This document shows positions 22,514 to 35,841 of a stretch of 59,525 bases of DNA, in pieces. The DNA is from Methylophilaceae bacterium (GTDB lineage Bacteria > Pseudomonadota > Gammaproteobacteria > Burkholderiales > Methylophilaceae): NCBI GenBank assembly GCA_043772865.1, contig JAYVFU010000010.1:1-59525 (forward strand). The letters are read 5' to 3'. The notes beneath the pieces were generated by a model. The model was given only the letters and a program-made list of their open reading frames with translations. It was not told where the DNA came from and made no database searches. The position numbers and the translations under genes were made by a program. Position 1 is the first letter of the stretch; the number at the start of each line of letters is the position of its first letter.

Positions 22514-22529
22514 TGTTTCACGTGAAACT
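22514..22529. other. parS centromere-like site
   Basis: tgtttcacgtgaaact matches the consensus at 15/16 and its 14-nt core is identical to the 14466 site. It is intergenic, between dnaN and gyrB. Confidence 0.8.
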
Positions 22530-22550
22530 AACACCCACACAAGTAAGTAA

Positions 22551-24995
<2,445 letters not shown>

Positions 24996-25043
24996 AATAA
25001 AGTTTAAATTTAGTTAGATTAAACCTTGATTAGGAGAAATATC

Positions 25044-25112
25044 ATGGGCAGTAAAGATAAGAAAAAAGAGTCTAAAGGCAAACAACCACAACCTAAGGCA
25101 CCCACAAAGTAA
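25044..25112 (+). CDS. Candidate 22-aa lysine-rich small protein
   Basis: atg..taa encodes MGSKDKKKESKGKQPQPKAPTK. The SD taggag lies 7 nt upstream, and a strong terminator begins 4 nt after the stop. Confidence 0.4.
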   Translation: MGSKDKKKESKGKQPQPKAPTK

Positions 25113-25115
25113 AGT

Positions 25116-25144
25116 AAAAGGCTCGTTAAGAGCCTTTTTATTTT
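25116..25144. terminator. Bidirectional intrinsic terminator between gyrB/small ORF (+) and alkB (-)
   Basis: aaaaggctc-gttaa-gagcctttt is followed by tatttt. Confidence 0.75.
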
Positions 25145-25155
25145 GTGTTTTGCTC

Positions 25156-25830
25156 TTAGTAAGCGCGCCTAAAGGTTAGGTTAATGCGGTGATTATTAAA
25201 TTCCATAGATTGATTACCATACAAATAATTTTGCGGTTTTTTAATGGGTAGCACGCCGTGAAACCTAAGCCTATCAACACCTCCCCACACTAAAACATCG
25301 CCATGCTCTAATAAAACGCGTTCTGTCTTATCGGCTCTGTTCGAGCCACCCAATAAAAAAGTAGCGGGTATCCCCAGTGAAACCGAAACAATGGGTTGGG
25401 TAAAATTTTGTTCATCTTGATCTTGATGTAACGCCATTTTTGCGCCAATTTCATAGCGATTAATTAAGCAGGCATCGGGCATAAAGTTGTGAAATCCAGC
25501 GGCAGTTGCGGCATTAGATGCTAATTCTAAAAAACTAGCTGGCATGTTTGGCCATGGCTTTTCATTGATTGGGTCTAGAGCACTGTAGCGATAGCCTTTT
25601 CGATCAGAAATCCAGCCGTAACCCCCACAATTGCTCATAGCGACTGACATTTTGAAGCCGCCACGCGTCACCATATGCCTAAAAGGCGCTTGTTGTGTTA
25701 CTTGTGTAAGCGCTGTAATGAGTGTTGATTGATACGGCGCAATAAAGCCTTTTAATAACAGTGTATTAGTGCCGAGACGAAATGCAGTATCTGCGCTGGT
25801 AAATAAGTTACTTGATGAATGGTTAAGCAT
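25156..25830 (-). CDS. alkB: Fe(II)/2-oxoglutarate-dependent DNA repair dioxygenase AlkB
   Basis: 224 aa with the HQDQDE (H-x-D) and RFHGV metal ligands. Confidence 0.92.
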   Translation of the reverse strand: MLNHSSSNLFTSADTAFRLGTNTLLLKGFIAPYQSTLITALTQVTQQAPFRHMVTRGGFKMSVAMSNCGGYGWISDRKGYRYSALDPINEKPWPNMPASFLELASNAATAAGFHNFMPDACLINRYEIGAKMALHQDQDEQNFTQPIVSVSLGIPATFLLGGSNRADKTERVLLEHGDVLVWGGVDRLRFHGVLPIKKPQNYLYGNQSMEFNNHRINLTFRRAY

Positions 25831-25983
25831 TAAATTGTCTGTATAAGTTATAAAAATCGCTAGCTTTAAATTAGGCCTTTAAAACAGCATTATTTGTGCA
25901 TTTGCTTTGGTACCAACCGGTAGACAATAGAATAATAGGATGAGTTTACTATTTTAAACAGGCTGTATAAGTTTGAGACTTCA

Positions 25984-27291
25984 ATGAAAAAACCAAAATT
26001 ACTGTTGTTGATTTTATTATTTTTATGCACCATGAGCTGCCAAGTATTTGCGGCGTCTTGGGTTAAGCTGAGTGACAATAAAACGGCAAAAATGCAGTTA
26101 GATAAGCAAACTATTCTTAAACAAGATAAGTATAAAAAAGCATGGGTGAAAATTGAATATAAAACCATACAAAAAAATGTTGAAGGCGTAGAGAAAGAAT
26201 ATAACTTATCTAAATCATTATGGTTTTTTGATTGTGCCACACTAAAATCTACTACAGGGCAGGTGTTTCAATATTTAGATGATGAGCTGGTGTATTCAAT
26301 AGCTATTGATATTAATCAAGCTGAATTTATAGAGCCTGCCCCAGAGACCGAGGTAGATATTGCCATGCGTTATGTTTGCCGTGGCAGCGCTACTAGCCAG
26401 ATGAGTGAGAAAAAAATATCTGAAAAAAAGGATGCTAAAAAATTACCAAGCAATGCAGAGTCAGCTGATAAAGCAACAAAAGAAGTTGAAGCGCTTAAAA
26501 AAAGTGAAGTGAAAAAAGAAGCACCTGAACTAAAGCCAGAGGCAAAATCCGACGCAAAGCTAGGTAAAAACATAACAGAAAAGTCAGTTGTTAAAGGGAG
26601 TGATAAAAAGTTAGCAGCACTAACGCCCTGGAGTTATGAGGGCAAACAAGCCCCAGAAAGTTGGGGTAAATTAAGTGCAGATTATGCAATTTGCGATACA
26701 GGGCGTAACCAATCTCCAGTCAATATTCAAGTAGCCCTACATGCGCCAATGTTGCCGTTAAAAATGTCACAACGTTTTCCTGCAAAAGAAATACTCAATG
26801 ATGGTCACACGGTAAAAGTGAATTTTAGCAAAGGCAATATCTTGGTGTTAGATGGCATTGTTTATCAATTGAAGCAATTGGATTTTCATACACCTAGCGA
26901 GCATCAAATTAATGGTAAATCATTTCCTTTAGAAGCACATTTTGTTCATGCGGATAGTAAAGATAATTTAACGATCATGGCCGTTATGTTTAAAGAGGGG
27001 GATGAAAATACTGCGCTAGCCAATTTATGGTCACAAATGCCAACGGCAACCAGCGCACCAATTGCAATAAAAAGCCGAGTCATTCCAAGTGAATTAATAC
27101 CAAAAGTGACTAATTATTATCGTTTAGGTGGCTCTCTCACTACGCCGCCTTGTATTGAGGGAGTTTCTTGGTTAGTGATGAAAACACCCATGACTGCTTC
27201 TAAAGCACAAATAGACATTTTGAAAACTGCGTTGCACCAGCACAATAATCGCCCGATACAAGCTCTTAATGGGCGTATTGTGGTCGATTAG
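25984..27291 (+). CDS. Secreted alpha-class carbonic anhydrase with an extra N-terminal domain and a K/E/S-rich linker
   Basis: 435 aa with a signal peptide. Residues ~213-435 align by eye with periplasmic alpha-CAs (WSYEG..ESWG, GRNQSPVNI, NDGHTVKV, PSEHQINGKSFPLEAHFVH, GSLTTPPC.EGV.W). Residues ~24-135 resemble adhesin-E-like domains. Confidence 0.88.
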   Translation: MKKPKLLLLILLFLCTMSCQVFAASWVKLSDNKTAKMQLDKQTILKQDKYKKAWVKIEYKTIQKNVEGVEKEYNLSKSLWFFDCATLKSTTGQVFQYLDDELVYSIAIDINQAEFIEPAPETEVDIAMRYVCRGSATSQMSEKKISEKKDAKKLPSNAESADKATKEVEALKKSEVKKEAPELKPEAKSDAKLGKNITEKSVVKGSDKKLAALTPWSYEGKQAPESWGKLSADYAICDTGRNQSPVNIQVALHAPMLPLKMSQRFPAKEILNDGHTVKVNFSKGNILVLDGIVYQLKQLDFHTPSEHQINGKSFPLEAHFVHADSKDNLTIMAVMFKEGDENTALANLWSQMPTATSAPIAIKSRVIPSELIPKVTNYYRLGGSLTTPPCIEGVSWLVMKTPMTASKAQIDILKTALHQHNNRPIQALNGRIVVD

Positions 27292-27534
27292 TTATATTCT
27301 TAGTTAATCTAAATTCCCCAATTTCATCATTTTGACATTGACGGGTATGATGAATTTCTGGTTTTTTGTATTTATAAATACCAAACTTACTTCTTGCGGA
27401 AGTTTCTAGCTAATTGTCTGTTATCGACAACGTGCAATAAGAAAATGTTGACATTTGAAGGTGGGGATATGCTCGTACTTTTCATTAAACTGTCATATCA
27501 GTGACTTATTATCAAGTTCAAAATAAACAAATAA

Positions 27535-28476
27535 TTGAATGGAATTAATATGATTATTAATAAACCTGCTGACATAAAAGACTTTGAAGAACGTTTTGAC
27601 GATGAGCTGCTAGATAGCATAGATGAAGAGCTTGAAATGGAAATGGATGATGCGCGTTTAAATGCTATTTTAGAAGCGAACATCACCAATACTGGACATC
27701 AATCGGTTGATCGACTATTTTACTTTAAAGAGCTTATTCGATTACAAGGCGAGCTAGTTAAACTGCAAGATTGGGTAGTCAAAAACAAGCTTAAAGTCGT
27801 TGTATTGTTTGAAGGGCGAGATTCCGCTGGTAAAGGGGGCGTGATTAAACGCGTTACACAACGTTTAAACCCAAGGGTATGCCGTGTGGCTGCGTTGCCC
27901 GCACCAAGCGAGCGTGAGCGCACACAATGGTATTTTCAGCGCTATGTTTCACATTTGCCAGCAGCTGGCGAGATAGTATTATTTGACCGTAGTTGGTACA
28001 ACCGTGCAGGCGTAGAAAAAGTCATGGGTTTTTGCGATGATGAAGAATACGAAGAGTTTTTTCGTACCGTACCAGAGTTTGAAAAAATGCTGGTTCGCTC
28101 AGGCATTATCCTCATTAAATATTGGTTTTCTATTACCGATGACGAGCAACATTTGCGCTTTATGTCACGTATTCACGATCCACTTAAACAATGGAAACTC
28201 AGCCCAATGGATTTAGAGTCGCGTCGTTTGTGGGAGCAATATACCAAAGCGAAAGAAGCCATGTTAGAACGTACACATATTCCAGAGGCGCCTTGGTGGG
28301 TGGTTGAGGCGGTAGATAAAAAGAAAGCACGCTTAAATTGCATTAACCATTTGTTAAGCCAAATTCCGTACGATGAAGTTAAGCATGAGCGTGTGGTGTT
28401 ACCGCAACGCGTTCATCATGATGACTACATTCGTGAGCCAGTGCCAAAAGAGATGTTTGTGCCAGCTAAGTATTAA
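27535..28476 (+). CDS. Polyphosphate kinase 2 (PPK2) family protein
   Basis: 313 aa with Walker A EGRDSAGKGG and FDRSWYNR. The start could be the Met at 27550. Confidence 0.92.
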   Translation: MNGINMIINKPADIKDFEERFDDELLDSIDEELEMEMDDARLNAILEANITNTGHQSVDRLFYFKELIRLQGELVKLQDWVVKNKLKVVVLFEGRDSAGKGGVIKRVTQRLNPRVCRVAALPAPSERERTQWYFQRYVSHLPAAGEIVLFDRSWYNRAGVEKVMGFCDDEEYEEFFRTVPEFEKMLVRSGIILIKYWFSITDDEQHLRFMSRIHDPLKQWKLSPMDLESRRLWEQYTKAKEAMLERTHIPEAPWWVVEAVDKKKARLNCINHLLSQIPYDEVKHERVVLPQRVHHDDYIREPVPKEMFVPAKY

Positions 28477-28539
28477 TTACATCTGTCAGACTAGCCTATT
28501 ATGACTAGCTCATGAGGACTGGCGCAATTAAAAAGGCGT

Positions 28540-28704
28540 TTAAAACTCAACCATATCAAACTCAGCTTTAGTCACGCCGCACTCTGGGCAAACCCAGTCT
28601 GCAGGCACATCTTCCCACCGTGTGCCAGGCGCAATGCCATCCTCAGGCCAGCCTAATTCTTCTTCATATACCAAACCACACACCAAACATTGATACATTT
28701 TCAT
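28540..28704 (-). CDS. Rubredoxin
   Basis: Too short for the ORF track. Reverse translation gives [54 protein letters not shown] with two CxxCG motifs. Confidence 0.92.
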   Translation of the reverse strand: MKMYQCLVCGLVYEEELGWPEDGIAPGTRWEDVPADWVCPECGVTKAEFDMVEF

Positions 28705-28780
28705 ACAATTCCTTTATTAATTGCTTTAATAACTTTAATTAGTCGTGGAATCATACCAAATACTTACACAAACTAGCGAT

Positions 28781-28810
28781 AAAAAAGCCCGCAAGGTGAA
28801 TTGCGGGCTT
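28781..28810 (-). terminator. Intrinsic terminator after katG
   Basis: The minus strand reads aagcccgcaa-ttcacc-ttgcgggctt followed by tttttat. Confidence 0.8.
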
Positions 28811-28834
28811 AATGACTACTACTTAAAAAATTAA

Positions 28835-31051
<2,217 letters not shown>

Positions 31052-31278
31052 TTAATGTGCGGCGGCATAAACTGCCAATAATTCTATTAAATGAATATTA
31101 AAATCATTAAAAATTTTTGTAGACATCATAACATCTTCATTAGTTAATTTAATTACTACATGATTTATAATAAATAAAATAAATTGATTTGCATAATTGT
31201 ATGTTGTTATTCATGTGATTTGTTATACTTATCAAAACTCAAATTGAGTCTTTTTTATATGATTGATGGCAAATTAAT

Positions 31279-32184
31279 ATGACACTAAGTGAGTTAAGAT
31301 TTGTTGTAGCAGTTTCGCAAGAGCGTAATTTTAGGCGCGCAGCAGAAAAGTGTTTTGTAAGCCAGCCTGCATTAAGTCTAGCGGTAAAGAAGTTGGAAGA
31401 TGAGCTTAACATAGTCATTTTTGAACGAAGTCGTACCGAAGTATCACTCACAGATGTAGGTACACAAATTATTAATCAAGCGAATAAGGTGCTATTTGAA
31501 GCATCACAAATAAAAGAAATTGCTAAATTAGGGAGTAATCAACTAAGTGGAACGCTTAAGCTAGGCATGATACACTCGGTTGGCCCTTATTTATTACCCG
31601 AAATTATTCCTATTCTAAGAAAATCCGCACCTGAAATGCCTTTGGAGGTGGAAGAAAATTTAACAGCTAATTTAGAAACACAACTACGCAACGGTGTGAT
31701 TGATGTGGCGATTATCGCATTGCCGTTTGATGTGGCTGGCCTAAAAACTCAAGCGTTATACGATGAAGATTTTTCTGTGGTTGTACCAACTAGTCATCAT
31801 TGGGCCAATAGAAAAACGATACGTCCAGAGGAGCTATCTGAAGAAAAAGTATTGCTTTTGAATAGTGGTCATTGTTTTAGCAATCAATTAACCTTAGCTT
31901 GCCCGGAGTTAACTCGCAAAGGTGAAGTGTTACAAGGTAATTCATTAGAAACTATCCGCAATATGGTGGCATCCAACTTGGGCATTACTGTATTGCCTAG
32001 TAGTGCTACGGCTGAGCGCTATTTAAATCCGCTAATTACCGTAATACCGTTTGTAAAACCTGCGCCTTCGCGTCGTATTGCACTGGCATGGCGTAAAAGT
32101 TATGTGCGTTTACAAGCACTAGATAAAATTATTGAAGCAATAAGGACGGTTGACTCTAAATACATGCAGAATATAGCGATGTGA
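31279..32184 (+). CDS. oxyR: LysR-family hydrogen peroxide sensor OxyR
   Basis: 301 aa, divergent from katG. GHCFSNQLTLAC places two Cys 9 residues apart, as for OxyR C199/C208. Confidence 0.88.
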   Translation: MTLSELRFVVAVSQERNFRRAAEKCFVSQPALSLAVKKLEDELNIVIFERSRTEVSLTDVGTQIINQANKVLFEASQIKEIAKLGSNQLSGTLKLGMIHSVGPYLLPEIIPILRKSAPEMPLEVEENLTANLETQLRNGVIDVAIIALPFDVAGLKTQALYDEDFSVVVPTSHHWANRKTIRPEELSEEKVLLLNSGHCFSNQLTLACPELTRKGEVLQGNSLETIRNMVASNLGITVLPSSATAERYLNPLITVIPFVKPAPSRRIALAWRKSYVRLQALDKIIEAIRTVDSKYMQNIAM

Positions 32185-32211
32185 GCGCTAACAACGGGAT
32201 TTGATAAACGC

Positions 32212-32239
32212 AAAAAAAGACGCTCTAGGCGTCTTTTTT
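32212..32239. terminator. Bidirectional intrinsic terminator between oxyR (+) and pqqA (-)
   Basis: aaaaaaagacgc-tctag-gcgtctttttt. Confidence 0.8.
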
Positions 32240-32277
32240 GTATAATCTGAAATTAAGCTTTGTGCTTATTTATTCAA

Positions 32278-32349
32278 CTATTTATTCATTACGTACATTG
32301 TAACTTCAAAGCCAAAACGCATTTCAGTAGCTGCTGGTGTTGTCCACAT
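32278..32349 (-). CDS. pqqA: PQQ precursor peptide PqqA (orphan copy, no pqqBCDE nearby)
   Basis: Too short for the ORF track. Reverse translation gives MWTTPAATEMRFGFEVTMYVMNK, close to Klebsiella-type PqqA [23 protein letters not shown], with the cross-linked E-x-x-x-Y present. The SD ggaga lies 6 nt upstream. Confidence 0.88.
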   Translation of the reverse strand: MWTTPAATEMRFGFEVTMYVMNK

Positions 32350-32484
32350 AATATTTCTCCTAAAGTTGTTTAATTAATGACTACGTAATTAACAAATCAA
32401 ATATTACAGAAGTGATCAACAATACCTGTGTGCTTAATGATTAAATGGTCCTAATGATTTTCATTAGTTCATGAACTTAAATTG

Positions 32485-33498
32485 TTATTCAACAAGCTCT
32501 AATCTGTAGCCTGCCACTAAAACATCTTTAGTATTAAGTGCTAGCGTAATGTGTAGCCTATCTTTTGCAGCAAACCCCGCATCAACATTGTTTATAGTAG
32601 GCTTATGATTATTATTTAAGTACTCATCTGGTGTGAATGAGCGCCTAGTTACAGCATCGTCATTAGCATCGGTTAATGTAAGCTCAATAGAAGGGTAGCG
32701 TATTGTTATATTAGTTTTATTAAGCAGGGTGATTGAAAACTGCAATACATGATCATGATCCGCATCTTCGCGCATTTCAGAGTCATCTATTGCGAGTGAA
32801 TCTAATTGTTTAGGTAGCTCAACTTTGCAACCTACTAATAGGCAAGCTTTTACTAAATAAGGCTTAACTTGCGGCAATTGCGATGCAATGGGTGTTCTAA
32901 AATAGTAAATGCTTTGCATTAGTGCTAGAGGTGATAAAATGATGATGAATGCTAAAAAAATCCAGCGCGACATTTTTTTAGTGCTTGAGTTATCTGGTTT
33001 ATGGGGTGCAGTAAAATAATTTTCAATTTCCGAGGACTCAGTTGCGGCGGGTTCAGGCCTAGCTATGAAGTCTATAAGCTGCGTTGATTCTGTGAGCTTA
33101 GTTTCTGGAGGAAATGTTTCTATTTGAACTTTATCTGCTAATAACTCTGTATTTTGTGCTTCAACAGCATAATTTTCTGCGATTAGTTCTGCAGATAGTG
33201 CGGGACCGGTTTGCTGAGTAAACTCTTCTTCTAGCGGCAATAAATTAATATGTTGATGTTCTTGTTCTATGGGCGAAGATTCAGTGACGTTTTCAGAAAT
33301 AGCTACATCAAACTCTTGAGAGCTTAGAATTTCTTCATCGAGTGCGTCTTCATGCGTACTAACTTCACTTAGGTTTTGATTGGCATTAAATACATGCTTA
33401 CATTGCCCACAGCGCACTTTGCCTTTATTCGCTGTGAGCTGAAATTGCGTCACAAAAAATTGTGTTGTGCAAGATGGGCAAGTGGTGATGGTGGTCAT
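32485..33498 (-). CDS. MJ0042-type zinc-ribbon / DUF3426 membrane protein
   Basis: MTTITTCPSCTTQFFVTQFQL...VRCGQCKHVFNA is followed by an acidic linker, one TM helix and a C-terminal DUF3426-like domain. The ATG at 33498 forms an ATGA overlap with the prmA stop. The track's upstream Met at 33528 is less likely. Confidence 0.8.
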   Translation of the reverse strand: MTTITTCPSCTTQFFVTQFQLTANKGKVRCGQCKHVFNANQNLSEVSTHEDALDEEILSSQEFDVAISENVTESSPIEQEHQHINLLPLEEEFTQQTGPALSAELIAENYAVEAQNTELLADKVQIETFPPETKLTESTQLIDFIARPEPAATESSEIENYFTAPHKPDNSSTKKMSRWIFLAFIIILSPLALMQSIYYFRTPIASQLPQVKPYLVKACLLVGCKVELPKQLDSLAIDDSEMREDADHDHVLQFSITLLNKTNITIRYPSIELTLTDANDDAVTRRSFTPDEYLNNNHKPTINNVDAGFAAKDRLHITLALNTKDVLVAGYRLELVE

Positions 33499-34385
33499 GC
33501 TATTTTTGTACCTGTAAGCAAGACCCAAGCATCTTTATAGATTGGTGCGTTCATCACAAACCACTCCCCATAAATAGCCAATAGTTGTTCTACTTGTTCA
33601 GCGAGTATGCCTGATAAAGCAATTTTTCCAGTAGTTTTACAAGCACCAGCAAGAGCCGGTGCCAGCACCATCAGTGCGCTAGAAAGTATATTGGCCACCA
33701 CAATATCTGCAAGCTGCGTTTTGTAGGCGTTTGCCATATAAAACTGTGCATCAACATGATTTTGCTCAGCGTTGAAAATGCTCGCCTGTATTGCTTGATG
33801 GTCTATATCTACACCAACTACTTGTTTTGCACCTAGCTTTTTTGCGGCAATCGCTAAAATTCCAGAGCCACATCCATAATCGAGTACCGTTTCTGTATGC
33901 TTTACATGTTGTGTGAGCCAATCTAAACAAAGGTGAGTCGTTGGATGGCTACCTGTTCCAAATGCCAAACCAGGGTCTAAAATAATATTAATTGCATCGG
34001 GATTTGGCGCGGCGTGCCATGTAGGTACTATCCATAAATTATCTTGAATGCGAATGGGTTCAAACTGCGATTGTGTAGCGCGTACCCAATCCTGTTCTGC
34101 TATATGTTCAGTTTTATATAGCAGGTTATTTAGTTGAGTTGCAGTTTCTAATTGACTGATGATAGCAACAACATCAATTGATTCATCAAACAAGGCGCTA
34201 ACGATATTCTGTTGCCAAATACCTGGTGGCGAGTCACCAGGTTCACCAAAAATCGGCTGCTCATCTAGCGTATCGGCGTTGGCATCTTCAATAATCGCAG
34301 ATAAAGCACCCAGCTCCATCAAGGTATCACTAATAAGTTCAGCTGTATTGTCTTTAGCCTCAATGTTGAGTGAAACCCATGCCAT
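33495..34385 (-). CDS. prmA: Ribosomal protein L11 methyltransferase PrmA
   Basis: 296 aa with GTGSHPTT and DYGCGSGILAIAA. Confidence 0.95.
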   Translation of the reverse strand: MAWVSLNIEAKDNTAELISDTLMELGALSAIIEDANADTLDEQPIFGEPGDSPPGIWQQNIVSALFDESIDVVAIISQLETATQLNNLLYKTEHIAEQDWVRATQSQFEPIRIQDNLWIVPTWHAAPNPDAINIILDPGLAFGTGSHPTTHLCLDWLTQHVKHTETVLDYGCGSGILAIAAKKLGAKQVVGVDIDHQAIQASIFNAEQNHVDAQFYMANAYKTQLADIVVANILSSALMVLAPALAGACKTTGKIALSGILAEQVEQLLAIYGEWFVMNAPIYKDAWVLLTGTKIA

Positions 34386-34443
34386 AACTTGATTACTTTC
34401 TTTAACTCATTCACGCTATACCGCATGATTTTAATTTTTAAAC

Positions 34444-35799
34444 CTATTTGCCGTAGATGCCGAGTTTTTGTTCTAAATAATGGATACTTGTACCGCCAAT
34501 ATGAAAAGCCGCATCTGCCATTAAATCACGATGCAAAGGAATATTGGTTTTAATGCCTTCTACCACCATTTCTGATAACGCTATTTGCATACGCGCAATG
34601 GCTTGTTCACGTGTATCGCCATAAGTAATGAGCTTGCCTATCATCGAATCATAATGTGGCGGCACGGTGTAACCAGCGTAAGCATGGGTATCTATTCGCA
34701 CACCTGGCCCACCAGGCATATGGAATGTTGATAACTTACCTGGAGAGGGCACAAATGTATAAGGGTCTTCTGCATTAATGCGGCACTCAATCGCATGCCC
34801 ACGCAACATGACATCTTTTTGTCGCATGGTGAGTTTTTCACCCGCCGCAACTTTAATTTGCTGTTGTACAAGATCAATGCCTGTAATCATCTCGGTCACG
34901 GTATGCTCAACTTGTAAACGCGTGTTCATTTCAATAAAGTAAAACTCATTGTTTTCAAATAAGAACTCAAATGTACCTACACCACGGTAATTAATGCGGC
35001 GGCAGGCTTCAGCACAACGTTCGCCGATTTTGTCGCGTAATCTTGGATTTAATAAAGGTGCAGGGGCTTCCTCTAGCACTTTTTGGTGACGGCGCTGCAT
35101 AGAACAATCTCGTTCACCTAAATAAATCGCATTTTTAAATTGATCAGCTAATACTTGAATTTCAATATGTCGTGGTTTTTCTAAGTATTTTTCCATGTAT
35201 ACAACAGGGTTGTTAAACGCCGCTTGTGCTTCGGCCTTGGTCATGGCGACAGCATTGATAAGTGCGGCCTCTGTGTGCACTACACGCATACCACGACCGC
35301 CGCCACCGCCAGCTGCTTTAATAATGACTGGATAGCCTACTTGTTTAGCAGTGCGGATAATTTCTTTTGGATCGTCTGGTAATGCGCCTTCTGAGCCAGG
35401 CACACAAGGCACGCCGGCTTTTTTCATTGCATCTTTTGCGGATACTTTATCGCCCATTAAGCGAATGGTTTCTGGACGTGGTCCAATAAATACAAAACCA
35501 CTTTGTTCTACACGCTCAGCAAAATCTGCGTTTTCGGATAAAAAACCATAGCCTGGGTGAATCGCTTGTGCATCTGTCACCTCAGCGGCGCTGATCACTG
35601 CTGGCACGCTCAAATAGCTTTGATTAGAAGGTGCAGGGCCAATACAAACAGATTCATCTGCTAATTTTACATATTTTGCTTCACGGTCAACTTCTGAGTG
35701 AACTGCAACCGTTTTAATGCCTAATTCACGGCAAGCGCGCTGCACGCGTAGCGCGATTTCACCGCGGTTAGCGATTAATATTTTGTCAAACATTGCCAT
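34444..35799 (-). CDS. accC: Acetyl-CoA carboxylase biotin carboxylase subunit
   Basis: 451-aa ATP-grasp protein starting [16 protein letters not shown]. Confidence 0.98.
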   Translation of the reverse strand: MAMFDKILIANRGEIALRVQRACRELGIKTVAVHSEVDREAKYVKLADESVCIGPAPSNQSYLSVPAVISAAEVTDAQAIHPGYGFLSENADFAERVEQSGFVFIGPRPETIRLMGDKVSAKDAMKKAGVPCVPGSEGALPDDPKEIIRTAKQVGYPVIIKAAGGGGGRGMRVVHTEAALINAVAMTKAEAQAAFNNPVVYMEKYLEKPRHIEIQVLADQFKNAIYLGERDCSMQRRHQKVLEEAPAPLLNPRLRDKIGERCAEACRRINYRGVGTFEFLFENNEFYFIEMNTRLQVEHTVTEMITGIDLVQQQIKVAAGEKLTMRQKDVMLRGHAIECRINAEDPYTFVPSPGKLSTFHMPGGPGVRIDTHAYAGYTVPPHYDSMIGKLITYGDTREQAIARMQIALSEMVVEGIKTNIPLHRDLMADAAFHIGGTSIHYLEQKLGIYGK

Positions 35800-35841
35800 T
35801 TAATCATCCATTTCTAATCGCTGAAAATTGTTAGCTACACA

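Noticed and set aside
25890-26240. 116-aa minus-strand ORF overlapping the 5' end of the carbonic anhydrase gene
   Set aside because: It is antisense to the signal-peptide/N-terminal domain region, has a hydrophobic low-complexity sequence, and lacks an SD. The plus-strand gene explains the open frame.
27498-27689. 63-aa serine-rich minus-strand ORF
   Set aside because: It is the reverse-frame image of the acidic (D/E-rich) N-terminus of PPK2.
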